Source: Candidatus Aquidulcis sp. (GTDB lineage: Bacteria; Chloroflexota; Anaerolineae; UBA4142). Taken from it: 64,000 bases of DNA. Below are positions 35,469 through 44,763 of this stretch, piece by piece. The notes under the pieces were generated by a model. The model searched no databases. It was not told the DNA's origin and worked only from the letters and a program-made list of their open reading frames with translations. Positions within the stretch are counted from its first letter, which is position 1. The number at the start of each line of letters is the position of its first letter. The stretch spans positions 9,293 to 73,292 of the forward strand of contig DYJA01000014.1 of the NCBI GenBank assembly GCA_020723345.1, in the 5' to 3' direction. The position numbers were made by a program, and so were the translations under genes.

Positions 35469-36269
35469 ATGAACGAATACCTGAAATCCAACCGCGAACT
35501 CTGGAACGCGTGGACGCGCGTTCACGTCAAATCGAAATTCTACGATGTCGAAGGATTCAAGCGCGGCGATAATCGGCTGGATGCGATTGTACGCGAAGGC
35601 GTGGGCGATGCGCGCGGCAAATCGCTGTTGCACTTGCAGTGCCACTTTGGACTCGACACGCTGTGCTGGGCGCGGCTCGGCGCGCGCGTCACGGGCGCGG
35701 ATTTTTCGGATGCGGCGATCAGCGCGGCGCGCACGCTCGCGCAAGAGGTCGGGCTTGATGCGAATTTTGTGTGCGCGAACATTTACGATTTGCCGCACGC
35801 GTTGTCCGGCGAATTCGACATCGTGTTCACGTCGCACGGGGTTTTGCCGTGGCTGCCCGACTTGAACGCGTGGGCGCGCGTCATCGCACACTTTCTCAAA
35901 CCCGGCGGACTCTTTTTCATCGCGGAAGGACATCCCACCGCGTACATCTTCGATGACGAAAACCCGGACGATTTGCGCGTGCGCTATCCGTACTTTCACT
36001 CTCCCGAACCTGGCAAGTACGAAGCGCACGGCTCGTACGCCGACCGCGCCGCGGACATTCACGGCGCCGAGTACGAATGGACGCACTCGCTCGGCGACGT
36101 GATCAACGCGCTGATCGCAGCGGGGCTACACATCGAAGAACTGTGCGAGTACAATTTCAACGCGTGGCAAATGTTTCCGTTTATGGAACAGGACACGGCG
36201 GGCTGGTGGCGCTTGCCGGAACGCTTTCCGCAAATTCCGCTGATGTTCTCGCTCAAAGCAAAAAAATAA
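35469..36269 (+). CDS. class I SAM-dependent methyltransferase
   Basis: KSLLHLQCHFGLDTLCWARLGARVTGADFS is motif I. 266 aa. Confidence 0.85.
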   Translation: MNEYLKSNRELWNAWTRVHVKSKFYDVEGFKRGDNRLDAIVREGVGDARGKSLLHLQCHFGLDTLCWARLGARVTGADFSDAAISAARTLAQEVGLDANFVCANIYDLPHALSGEFDIVFTSHGVLPWLPDLNAWARVIAHFLKPGGLFFIAEGHPTAYIFDDENPDDLRVRYPYFHSPEPGKYEAHGSYADRAADIHGAEYEWTHSLGDVINALIAAGLHIEELCEYNFNAWQMFPFMEQDTAGWWRLPERFPQIPLMFSLKAKK

Positions 36270-36390
36270 TTCCTCGCCCTTTCCAAATTCCCCAGAGTTC
36301 CTGCGGATTCAATCCGCCCTGTGTACCAGATCCTCCAGCGCGCGGCGCGGTTTGATCTCCGGCGTCTCCGCCGCGTAACCGATGGGCAAG

Positions 36391-36410
36391 TCACGCTTCA
36401 CGCATCACGT
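36391..36410. repeat. three ACGC/TCACG heptamers forming the 3' end of the MFS CDS
   Basis: tcacgct tcacgca tcacgt. Same heptamer family as 1567-1634 and 55522-55546. Confidence 0.6.
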
Positions 36411-37605
36411 TCCCCGGCTCGCGCACAAACAGAATCAGAATCGCGATGACCACGCAACTGCCGATGAGATTCCCGGTCAGCGGCGCGCGAATGCCGCCCC
36501 AATCGAACAACAAGCCGCCAAACCACGACGCGGGAAATGCGATCAAGCCGCGAAACATGTTCAGCCGCCCGAACGCTTCGCTGCGCGTCGCGGCAGGCAC
36601 CGCGCGCGTGAGGTACGTGTTGACCACTGGCACCCAGGTCGCCGCCGTCAGCGCGAACAACACTTGCGCCGCGATGAAGATTTCGAAATTCGTTTGCGTG
36701 ATCCCGATCAGCATCAACGGGATGCCGAGGAACTCGGAAAAAATCATGATCGCTTTCAAGCCGTGCGAGTCCACGTAGCGACCAATCGGCATTTGCATCA
36801 CCGCCCACGACAACGACATCACGCTCGCCATGATCCCAAGTTGCTCGACGGAGAAATTGTACGTTTTGACCAACATCCCGCTGAGCAGCATCCAGCCGAG
36901 CGACCACGCAAACGAATCGGCGGCGATCGCGATGAAAAACGCGCGCAAGCCCTTGGGCGGCACAAGCGAACGCGCGAACGCGCGCGCAAAATCGCCCCAG
37001 CGAATCGGTTCGCGCGTCGAATGTGTTTCGCGCAGCAATCGCCAGATGAGGATCAGCGACGCGGCTTCGAACGCGAGCAAAAGCGGAAAGATGCCGACGT
37101 AGCCCACGCGATCGGTCACCCAGCCGCCGAGCGTCGGCGCGACGATCCCCGGCACCAACCACGCGACCATCGTCACGCTGAACGCGCTGCCGTGTTGTCC
37201 GGCTTGCGCCGACTCTGCCGTGATCGACGAAATCGCGGGACGCGAAAGCGACGACAATCCGAACAAAACAATTCCACCAAGCACAAGCAGCCAGATGTGC
37301 AGCGCGCCAGCCATCGCCAACAGCGCGTACGCGATCACGCCGAACAGACTCGCCGTCACCATGAACGGCTTGCGCCCGATCCGATCCGCCAGCCAGCCGC
37401 CCAATGATTGCGCGAGCGTCGTGAAAAATCCATTCATCCCGCCGATACTGCTGAGCAGACCGACCGTCGTCATCGACGCGCCGAGCGACAACGCGAACGG
37501 CTGAAAGATGACGTTATAGACGCTGTTGTGCGTCCCGCGCAAAAAGGAATTGGCAACCAGCACGCGCAAGTTGTCGCGTTGGTGCCGCGTAAAGGAAGAT
37601 GTCAT
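36391..37605 (-). CDS. MFS transporter
   Basis: Trimmed to MTSSFTRHQRDN... (ATG 37605). 12 TM-like segments and GWLADRIGRKP (MFS motif A). The last 6 codons lie in a CGTGATG-type repeat. Confidence 0.85.
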   Translation of the reverse strand: MTSSFTRHQRDNLRVLVANSFLRGTHNSVYNVIFQPFALSLGASMTTVGLLSSIGGMNGFFTTLAQSLGGWLADRIGRKPFMVTASLFGVIAYALLAMAGALHIWLLVLGGIVLFGLSSLSRPAISSITAESAQAGQHGSAFSVTMVAWLVPGIVAPTLGGWVTDRVGYVGIFPLLLAFEAASLILIWRLLRETHSTREPIRWGDFARAFARSLVPPKGLRAFFIAIAADSFAWSLGWMLLSGMLVKTYNFSVEQLGIMASVMSLSWAVMQMPIGRYVDSHGLKAIMIFSEFLGIPLMLIGITQTNFEIFIAAQVLFALTAATWVPVVNTYLTRAVPAATRSEAFGRLNMFRGLIAFPASWFGGLLFDWGGIRAPLTGNLIGSCVVIAILILFVREPGNVMREA

Positions 37606-37628
37606 GGTAATCTTGAATTCCCTCGCCG

Positions 37629-37662
37629 AAAAAAAGACTCGAAGGATTTGTTCCTTCGGGTC
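37629..37662 (-). terminator. Rho-independent terminator 24 nt upstream of the MFS start codon
   Basis: The minus strand reads gacccgaagga acaaa tccttcgagtc followed by TTTTTTT. Confidence 0.7.
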
Positions 37663-37873
37663 ATACCACTCACTCGTCCCACTTCTCGCCAACAATCTGT
37701 TTGAGAACTTCTCTCACGACTCCATCATCAAATCCGTTTTACTTGATGATTGCAAACGCCCTGGTGATTGTACACATGTGGCGCCGATGGCTCGTCGGCG
37801 GCTAGTCAGCGGGCAGGCTGCCCGCTCCACAACGAGATGCGCGCAATCACCAGCAAACGCCAGGTGGATTCGG

Positions 37874-38647
37874 TCACGCCGTCGCGACAATCACCAGATC
37901 CGCCGATGTCTCCGCGTCGAACGGCTCGCCTTGCAAACTGCCATAGAACGCAAATTCGCGAAATCCATTCCGACGCAATAGCAACTCAATTTCGTCTTGC
38001 CGGTACGGTCTCTGTTGCGTGCTCTGCACATCTACTGACCAAACACCGTTTTCGTTCTTGGTGAACAGCGCGATGTTGAACGTAATCAAGCCCGACGGTT
38101 CGTCGTAATCCGCGAACCGCCACACGAGCGTTTCGCGTTCGTCGAGCGTGCCTGCATTCACCGCGAACCAGCGCGGCTTGTCCTTCCAGCGTTTGTCGTA
38201 ATTCAAGTTGTGCAGAATCAACACACCGCCCGAGCGCAAACAACCGCGCATATTCAATACGCTTTCGAGCGCGGCAGTGTCCGTCAAAACATGCGGAAAC
38301 GAATTGCCCAAGCACAACACCGCGTCGAACGGCGCGTTGAACGTCGCATACAAATCCTGAAAGCGCGCGACGGCGAAGGGAATCGTCACGCCCGCGCGTT
38401 GCGCGTTTGCTTGTGCGCGCGCGATCATCTGCGCGCTGATGTCGCTGCCGGTGACGCGATAGCCGCGCTGGGCGAGCGCAATCGCGTGACCGCCCGTTCC
38501 GCACGCGCAGTCGAGCACCGATTGGACGTTGTGACGCGCGAATGTTGCTTCGAGAAACGGCAATTCGACCGCGAGGCGACTTTGCCAATCGGTCATCACG
38601 TCGAAAAAATCCGCAAGCCGGTCGTAGAATTCAGTTTCACTCAACAT
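37874..38647 (-). CDS. class I SAM-dependent methyltransferase
   Basis: SVLDCACGTGGHAIALAQRGYRVTGSDIS is motif I. Overlaps the mevalonate kinase stop by 7 nt. Confidence 0.85.
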   Translation of the reverse strand: MLSETEFYDRLADFFDVMTDWQSRLAVELPFLEATFARHNVQSVLDCACGTGGHAIALAQRGYRVTGSDISAQMIARAQANAQRAGVTIPFAVARFQDLYATFNAPFDAVLCLGNSFPHVLTDTAALESVLNMRGCLRSGGVLILHNLNYDKRWKDKPRWFAVNAGTLDERETLVWRFADYDEPSGLITFNIALFTKNENGVWSVDVQSTQQRPYRQDEIELLLRRNGFREFAFYGSLQGEPFDAETSADLVIVATA

Positions 38648-39591
38648 TCGTTTATTCGTTCCTCATTCGTTGACACCTGCGACACAACCACGCGCCGCGC
38701 GCCCGCGTCCAACAGCGCGCGCGCAATGTTGTCTTGTGTAACCTCGTCCACGAGCGCGATCACGTTGCCGCCGCGCCCTGCCCCCGAAAGTTTCGCGCCG
38801 CGCGCGCCCGCGCGCAATGCCGCGCTCGCGAGCGTTTCGATTTCTGGCGATGACACGCCGATCTCGCGCAACAACATTTGATTCGCGTTCATCAGCCCGC
38901 CGAGCGCGTCCACGTCACCCCGCTCAATCGCGCGGCGCGCGTCGCGCGCAACCGCGCCGATTTGATCGAAGAGCGATTCGTAGCGCGCGCGGTCGGCTTC
39001 CCGCGCGCGGCGCACATCGCCAACCGCGATTTTCGTCGGCGCGGCGACGCCGGTATCGGCAATCGCCAGCGTGAACGGACGCGCAACACGAAATGATTCA
39101 ATCGGCTGACCGCGCACAAAGTACACGGGCTGCTCGAACGCGATCACGGTATTGTCGATTCCGCTTGGCGTGCCGTGATGCAATTTCTCGGTTTCAAAGA
39201 CGAGCGCGGACACTTCGACTGCGCTCAGTGTGACGTCGAAATATTTTGCCAACGCGCGCGCGATGGCAACAGACACCGCCGCGCCGCTGCCCATTCCACT
39301 CGCCATCGGAATCGTCGAATGGATTCGCACGGAAAAATTTTGCGGCGCGACGTTCAGCCGCGCGCAGGTCGCTCGAATGATCGTCGCGATTGGATCGTCG
39401 GCGGGTGCGTCGCTCAAATCGTACACGCGCGCGAGATCGACCGCGTCGATCACAACACGTAAATCCGCGCGCGCCTCAATCGTCGCTTCCGCGCGCACTT
39501 GAAACACCGGCACGGCAATCGCCGGACGCGCGTAGACGACGGCGTGCTCGCCGAAAAGAATTATTTTGCCCGGGGCAGTTGCAATGGTCAT
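38641..39591 (-). CDS. mvk: mevalonate kinase (GHMP family)
   Basis: APGKIILFGEHAVVY, PMASGMGSGAAVSVA and KLSGAGRGGN are GHMP motifs I-III. The track start (TTG 39612) lies in a repeat, so ATG 39591 is preferred. Confidence 0.8.
   Translation of the reverse strand: MTIATAPGKIILFGEHAVVYARPAIAVPVFQVRAEATIEARADLRVVIDAVDLARVYDLSDAPADDPIATIIRATCARLNVAPQNFSVRIHSTIPMASGMGSGAAVSVAIARALAKYFDVTLSAVEVSALVFETEKLHHGTPSGIDNTVIAFEQPVYFVRGQPIESFRVARPFTLAIADTGVAAPTKIAVGDVRRAREADRARYESLFDQIGAVARDARRAIERGDVDALGGLMNANQMLLREIGVSSPEIETLASAALRAGARGAKLSGAGRGGNVIALVDEVTQDNIARALLDAGARRVVVSQVSTNEERINEC
38646..38677. repeat. ATTCGTTTATTCGTTC-N4-ATTCGTTGACACC repeat, copy encoding the mvk C-terminus
   Basis: attcgtttattcgttcctcattcgttgacacc. 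The minus strand reads ...QVSTNEERINEC stop and overlaps the methyltransferase start. Confidence 0.8.
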
Positions 39592-39597
39592 AGGCAA

Positions 39598-39668
39598 GCA
39601 GTAATCAGTCAATCAGGCGATCAGTAATCAGGCAACTGGTCGACTAGTCGACCGATTGCCTGATTGAC
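39598..39668. repeat. heptamer-array hairpin (AATCAGK) around the central palindrome GGTCGACTAGTCGACC
   Basis: gcagtaa tcagtca atcaggc gatcagt aatcagg caactggtcgactagtcgaccgattg cctgatt gac. Lies in the divergent region between mvk and the CNNM operon. Confidence 0.85.
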
Positions 39669-39694
39669 GGCTTAACCGCCTTTCGTGTTATAAT
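39664..39694 (+). promoter_or_regulatory. candidate promoter of the CNNM operon with extended -10
   Basis: TTGACG (39664-39669, inside the heptamer hairpin arm), 19-nt spacer, TGTTATAAT (39686-39694). Confidence 0.45.
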
Positions 39695-39714
39695 TGCGAC
39701 AAGGAGTCTTTGCA

Positions 39715-41040
39715 ATGAATTCCGAAATCGTTCCACTGCTGGGACAACTTGCCGCCGTTGCCGCGTTGCTATTCATGAATGGTTTTTTCGTTGCCGCCGA
39801 GTTTGCGTTGGTCAGCGTCCGTCGCACGCGGATCGAAGAACTCATTGCCAGAGGTAATCAGACGGCGGCGGTGGTCAAGCGCGTCATCCACGATCCGGAT
39901 CGGTTTATTGCCGCGACGCAACTCGGCATCACGATTGCCAGTCTGGGATTGGGTTGGATCGCCGAACCCGCGCTCGCGCATCTGATCGAGCCGGTCTTCA
40001 AAATTCTACCGACGCAATGGGCTGGTCCGAGCGCGCACATCGTCGCGGCAAGCGCGGTCGCGTTCGCGTTGATTACGTTTCTGCACGTCGTCATCGGCGA
40101 ACTCGCGCCCAAATCCGTTGCGCTGGCGTATCCGGAACAAACCGCGCTCAGAGTGGCGCGCCCGACGATTTTATTCGAGAACCTTTTCCGTCCCGCGATC
40201 TGGCTTTTGAATGGCACGGGCAACGGCTTGCTCAAACTCATCGGCTTGCGCCGACCGACGGGACATCAACTCGTTCATTCGGTCGAAGAACTCAAGATGT
40301 TGGTGAGCGCGAGCACGGATTCGGGCGAATTGGAGCCGCACGAACGCGCGATGCTCCACAACGTTTTCGAATTCGACGACAAACTGGTACGCGATGTAAT
40401 GGTTCCGCGCCCGGACATGCTCACGATTGAAGAGAATACCACGATCGCCGACTTTTTGCAAACCTTCAGCGAAACCAGCCATTCGCGCTTTCCGATTTAC
40501 GCGAACAGCATCGACAACATCACCGGTTTCATTTCGATCAAAGATGTCTTGCGCGCGGTTTCGTCGCAAGGCGCGCGCGCGCTCGATCAAACCGTCCGCA
40601 CGCTCGCGCGCCCCGCGCTGTTCGTTCCCGAATCGAAACACATCGGCGCGCTGTTCGCGGAAATGCAATCGCAGAAAATCCAGATCGCTATCGTCATCGA
40701 CGAATTTGGCGGCACCGCCGGTCTGCTCACGATAGAGAACCTGCTCGAAGAAATCGTCGGCAGGTTACAGGACGAACTCGCGCACGAGTCGCCGCTGATG
40801 CAAACGATTGACGCGCACACCACGCAGATTGACGCGCTCTTGCGCGTCGAGGAAGCGAACGAGCGCTTGAACATTCACCTACCCGAGAGCGCCGAGTACA
40901 CGACGATTGCGGGGCTGGTGCTGTACGCGCTGCGCCACATTCCCAAAGAAGGCGAATCTCTCCACGTCGACGGTGTGAAATTGACAATGACCAAAATGGA
41001 TGGACCCAAAATCGAACAAATCCTGGTAACCCGACCATAA
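39715..41040 (+). CDS. CNNM/CorC-type transporter (DUF21-CBS pair-CorC_HlyC)
   Basis: ATG 39715 lies 8 nt after AAGGAG. FFVAAEFALVSVRR (DUF21), CBS pair, C-terminal CorC_HlyC. Confidence 0.9.
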   Translation: MNSEIVPLLGQLAAVAALLFMNGFFVAAEFALVSVRRTRIEELIARGNQTAAVVKRVIHDPDRFIAATQLGITIASLGLGWIAEPALAHLIEPVFKILPTQWAGPSAHIVAASAVAFALITFLHVVIGELAPKSVALAYPEQTALRVARPTILFENLFRPAIWLLNGTGNGLLKLIGLRRPTGHQLVHSVEELKMLVSASTDSGELEPHERAMLHNVFEFDDKLVRDVMVPRPDMLTIEENTTIADFLQTFSETSHSRFPIYANSIDNITGFISIKDVLRAVSSQGARALDQTVRTLARPALFVPESKHIGALFAEMQSQKIQIAIVIDEFGGTAGLLTIENLLEEIVGRLQDELAHESPLMQTIDAHTTQIDALLRVEEANERLNIHLPESAEYTTIAGLVLYALRHIPKEGESLHVDGVKLTMTKMDGPKIEQILVTRP

Positions 41041-41042
41041 AA

Positions 41043-42362
41043 ATGTTTGATCTGACAATCGAAATTCTGCTGGTGATTTTGCTGACGGTGATCAATGGCG
41101 TATTTGCGATGGCGGAACTTGCGGTCGTTTCGGCGCGCAAGGTGCGGCTGGAACAACGCGCACGCGCCGGAGACGCCAACGCGCGCGCCGCGCTCGAATT
41201 GGCGAACGCGCCTAATCGTTTTCTTTCGACTGTTCAAATTGGCATCACGCTTGTCGGCATTTTGGCGGGCGCGTTCGGCGGCGCGACTATCGCGACGAAA
41301 CTCGCCGCGCTGGTACGCGCCGTACCGTTTCTCGCGCCGTACAGCGACATGATCGGACTCGGCATTGTCGTTTTGAGCATCACGTTTCTTTCGCTCGTCA
41401 TCGGCGAAATCGTGCCGAAACGGATCGCGCTGCACAATCCGGAACGCATCGCCGCGCGCGTCGCGGTACCGATGCGGATGCTGGCGACCATCGCCGCGCC
41501 GGTCATTCGTTTGCTCAGTTACGCGACGGAGATCGTACTGAAACCACTCGGCATCAAAGACACGGATCAATCGCCGATGACCGAGGAGGAGATCAATCTC
41601 CTGATTCGGCAAGGAACGCAAGCGGGAATGTTCGACGCCGCCGAACAAAACATTATCGAGCAAGTATTTCGATTGGGAGATCGCCGGGTGAGCGCGCTGA
41701 TGACGCCGCGTCCGGAGATCGTCTGGGTCGATCTGGAAGACTCGCTTGAGGAAAACCAGCGCAAAATCACGTCGAGCCATCATTCGTATTTCGTCGTTTG
41801 TCGCGGCGGCTTGGCAAATCCGGTCGGCGTCGTCCACGTCAAGGATCTGCTGGCAGTCAGTCTGGCGTGTCAAAGGATTGACTGGGGCGCCCTGTCCCGC
41901 CCGCCGTTATTCGTGCCCGAAAGCGCGCGCGCGCTGCGCGTTCTGGAAATGTTCAAAGAATCCGGCACCCACATCGCGCTCGCCATCGACGAATACGGCG
42001 ACATTCAAGGTTTGGTTGCCCTGAACGATATTTTGAATGTGCTCGTCGGACCCGTGCCGCTCGCCGGCGCGCCCGCGCTTCCCTCCGCCGTGCAACGCGC
42101 CGATGGCTCGTGGTTGCTCGATGGAATTTTGCCGCTCGACGAAGCCAAAACGGCGTTGAAGCTCGACAAATTGCCCGGTGAGGAACAAGTCCGGTTTCAA
42201 ACGATCGGAGGGTTTGTGTTAAACCGCTTGGGTCGCATCCCCGTGCCAGGCGACTATTTCGATTGGCGCGGAAGGCGTTTTGAGGTGGTGGACATGGACG
42301 ACAAACGGATCGACAAGATCTTGATCGTGCCAACCCCAGCCCAATCCACGGAGACGCTCTGA
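41043..42362 (+). CDS. CNNM/CorC-type transporter, paralogue
   Basis: Same architecture (NGVFAMAELAVVSARK...). Starts 2 nt after the previous stop. Confidence 0.9.
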   Translation: MFDLTIEILLVILLTVINGVFAMAELAVVSARKVRLEQRARAGDANARAALELANAPNRFLSTVQIGITLVGILAGAFGGATIATKLAALVRAVPFLAPYSDMIGLGIVVLSITFLSLVIGEIVPKRIALHNPERIAARVAVPMRMLATIAAPVIRLLSYATEIVLKPLGIKDTDQSPMTEEEINLLIRQGTQAGMFDAAEQNIIEQVFRLGDRRVSALMTPRPEIVWVDLEDSLEENQRKITSSHHSYFVVCRGGLANPVGVVHVKDLLAVSLACQRIDWGALSRPPLFVPESARALRVLEMFKESGTHIALAIDEYGDIQGLVALNDILNVLVGPVPLAGAPALPSAVQRADGSWLLDGILPLDEAKTALKLDKLPGEEQVRFQTIGGFVLNRLGRIPVPGDYFDWRGRRFEVVDMDDKRIDKILIVPTPAQSTETL

Positions 42363-44686
42363 TGCCCACGGAACCCCAAATCAAATCCAGAATCCTGACG
42401 CTCTTTCTCGAACTGAGTCAATATCCGATCCTCGCGCCCGGTATCCGCGCCCGGATGCGCGAAGAGTTGTTCGCGCGCGGCGTCATTACGCGCGACGCGT
42501 TCGAAGATGAAGTACACGCCAAAGCGCGCCGGTCGCAAGAGATCGAAGGGTTGGTGGATCCGCTCAATCAAGAGCCGCCTGAAATATGGGAACGCCGGAC
42601 GCAGCAAGTGCGCGATACGTTGACCGATTTTTATTTTGCTTACAACCTGCCGCACGATTTGTTCAAGGACATCGTGCAAGCCGCCGTCGCGCAGCGCAAC
42701 CCAAATCAAAAAGTGATCTTGTCTTTCCATCCCGAACTCGCGCCGATTGATATGGTGCTCGCGCAAGGCGAACAATACGAACATTTGCCGGAAGCCGAGC
42801 GCGCTCAGGTCAAACACCACTACGAAGAAATGATCGTCGTGCTGCTCAAGGCGCTCATCAGCGATCAGTTAGCGTTCGTCCGCGTGGCGAAAGATTATTT
42901 CACGGTGGCGGACATTCGCGAAATTCGCAAACATCGCATCGGCGAGGGAAAAATCGGCGGCAAGGCGGCGGGCATGTGGCTCGCGTGGAAAATCATGCAG
43001 GCGCACGCCGTCGCGGAGGGACTCGATCCGAACGACATCATCATGCCGAGTTCGCACTATATCGGCGCGAACGGGCTGTACGAATTCAACGTCCAGAACA
43101 ATTTGCTTTTTTCGGTGGATCAAAAATACAAACCGCGCGCCGAGATCGAATCCGAGTACCCCGGCATCGTCCAGCAATATCTCGACGCGCGGCTGCCCGA
43201 TTACATGATGGAGCGCTTGTACGAACTCCTCGCGGAAATCGGCAATTGCGCGCTGATCGTCCGCTCGTCGAGTTTGCTCGAAGATTCTTTCGGCACGACC
43301 TTCGCGGGCAAGTACGATAGTTTCTTTTTGCCGAATCAAGGTTCCATCGAAGAGAATCTGGAAGAATTGGCGACCGCCGTCAAGCGCATCTACGCGAGTG
43401 TGATCAATCCCGACGCGCTCGCGTACCGGCAACGCATGGGCTTGGTTGATTACGACGAGCGCATGGCGATCCTGATTCAAGAAGTGCAAGGCGATCATCA
43501 CGGACGATTTTTATATCCGACGCTTGCGGGCGTTGGGTTCAGTCGCAATCCGTTCCGCTGGAATCCGCAGATTCGCCGCGAAGACGGATTCTTGCGTCTG
43601 GTGTGGGGCTTGGGCACACGCGCGGTCGAACGCGTCGGCAACGATTTTCCGCGCATGGTCGCGCTCAGCCATCCGCACTTGCGCCCCGAGCCGAACGCGT
43701 ACGAAATGAAACGTCACTCGCAACGCTATGCCGATGTGATCGATCTGGAGGATAACGCGCTCGTCACGCGTCCGATCGCGGAAATTCTGCCGCTGGATGA
43801 TCCCGCGCTGCCGTACCTCGCGTCGGAAGACAAGGACGATTACCTCCAGCCGCTCTTCTCCGATCCCCAACTCGTCCCGCCCGACCGGCTCGTACTCACG
43901 TTCGACGGCGTGCTGAAGAAAACGCCGCTCGTGCCAACGATGAAAGCGATCCTCAAACGCTTGGAGACGACGTACAAATCCGCGGTGGACATCGAATTCA
44001 CCGCCGACATTATCACCGAGGATTCCAAGCAGCCGCGCATCGTCGTTCACCTTTTGCAATGCCGACCGCAGACGCAGTATGAAGCCGGGCAGCGCGTGGA
44101 AATCCCGCAGAACATTCTGCCGGTCAACAAGATTTTCTCGGCAAAGCGGCTGGTGCAACAAGGCGTCGTGTCGGACATCGAGTACATCGTGTACGTCAAT
44201 CCCGAAAAATACAGCCAGTCCGCTCCCTCCATTACGAAACTGGAACTCGCGCGGATTGTGGGGCGACTCAATCAACGCTTGGAGGGGAAAACGTTTATCC
44301 TGATGGGACCGGGGCGCTGGGGCAGTTCGAACCCCGACCTGGGTTTGCCGATCACGTACGCCGACATCAACAATACGCGCGTCTTGGTCGAAATCGCGCT
44401 GCCGCGCGGCGAAGGCATTCCGGATGTTTCGTACGGCACGCACTTTTTCCAGGATTTGGTCGAGACGCGCATTTATCCACTGCCGCTCTTCCCGGCGGAC
44501 CCCGGCACGGTCTTCAATCGCGCGTTTTTCCACGATGCGCCGAACGTGTTCGAGACGCTGTTGCCGCAGGACGCGGAGTACGCCGAGTACATCAAAGTAA
44601 TTCATGTGCCGACAGCCGCGCGCGGTCGTCATCTTCACGTCGTGATGAACGAGGAAAAAGGCGAGGCACTCGCGTACATCAAGTAG
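42362..44686 (+). CDS. PEP/pyruvate-binding (PPDK_N, ATP-grasp) domain protein with no recognisable phosphohistidine swivel domain
   Basis: 774 aa. GGKAAGMWLA...IVRSSSLLEDSFGTTFAGKYDSF... is the PPDK_N pattern. No GGxTSHAA motif seen. TGATG overlap with the preceding gene. Confidence 0.75.
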   Translation: MPTEPQIKSRILTLFLELSQYPILAPGIRARMREELFARGVITRDAFEDEVHAKARRSQEIEGLVDPLNQEPPEIWERRTQQVRDTLTDFYFAYNLPHDLFKDIVQAAVAQRNPNQKVILSFHPELAPIDMVLAQGEQYEHLPEAERAQVKHHYEEMIVVLLKALISDQLAFVRVAKDYFTVADIREIRKHRIGEGKIGGKAAGMWLAWKIMQAHAVAEGLDPNDIIMPSSHYIGANGLYEFNVQNNLLFSVDQKYKPRAEIESEYPGIVQQYLDARLPDYMMERLYELLAEIGNCALIVRSSSLLEDSFGTTFAGKYDSFFLPNQGSIEENLEELATAVKRIYASVINPDALAYRQRMGLVDYDERMAILIQEVQGDHHGRFLYPTLAGVGFSRNPFRWNPQIRREDGFLRLVWGLGTRAVERVGNDFPRMVALSHPHLRPEPNAYEMKRHSQRYADVIDLEDNALVTRPIAEILPLDDPALPYLASEDKDDYLQPLFSDPQLVPPDRLVLTFDGVLKKTPLVPTMKAILKRLETTYKSAVDIEFTADIITEDSKQPRIVVHLLQCRPQTQYEAGQRVEIPQNILPVNKIFSAKRLVQQGVVSDIEYIVYVNPEKYSQSAPSITKLELARIVGRLNQRLEGKTFILMGPGRWGSSNPDLGLPITYADINNTRVLVEIALPRGEGIPDVSYGTHFFQDLVETRIYPLPLFPADPGTVFNRAFFHDAPNVFETLLPQDAEYAEYIKVIHVPTAARGRHLHVVMNEEKGEALAYIK

Positions 44687-44687
44687 A

Positions 44688-44757
44688 CAGTTTTCAGTAT
44701 TCAGTTTTCAGTGTTCAGATCGCGTACTGAATACTGAATACTGAATACTGAATACTG
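44688..44757. repeat. heptamer-array hairpin (CAGTWTT x4 / AATACTG x5)
   Basis: cagtttt cagtatt cagtttt cagtgtt cagatcgcg tactg aatactg aatactg aatactg aatactg. Lies between the convergent PPDK_N-like and HlyD genes. Confidence 0.9.
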
Positions 44758-44763
44758 GATTGT

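Noticed and set aside
39592-39612. TTG start extending mevalonate kinase by 7 codons (MTDYCLP)
   Set aside because: The extension lies inside the AATCAGG heptamer array. ATG 39591 begins the conserved MTIATAPGKIILFGEH N-terminus.
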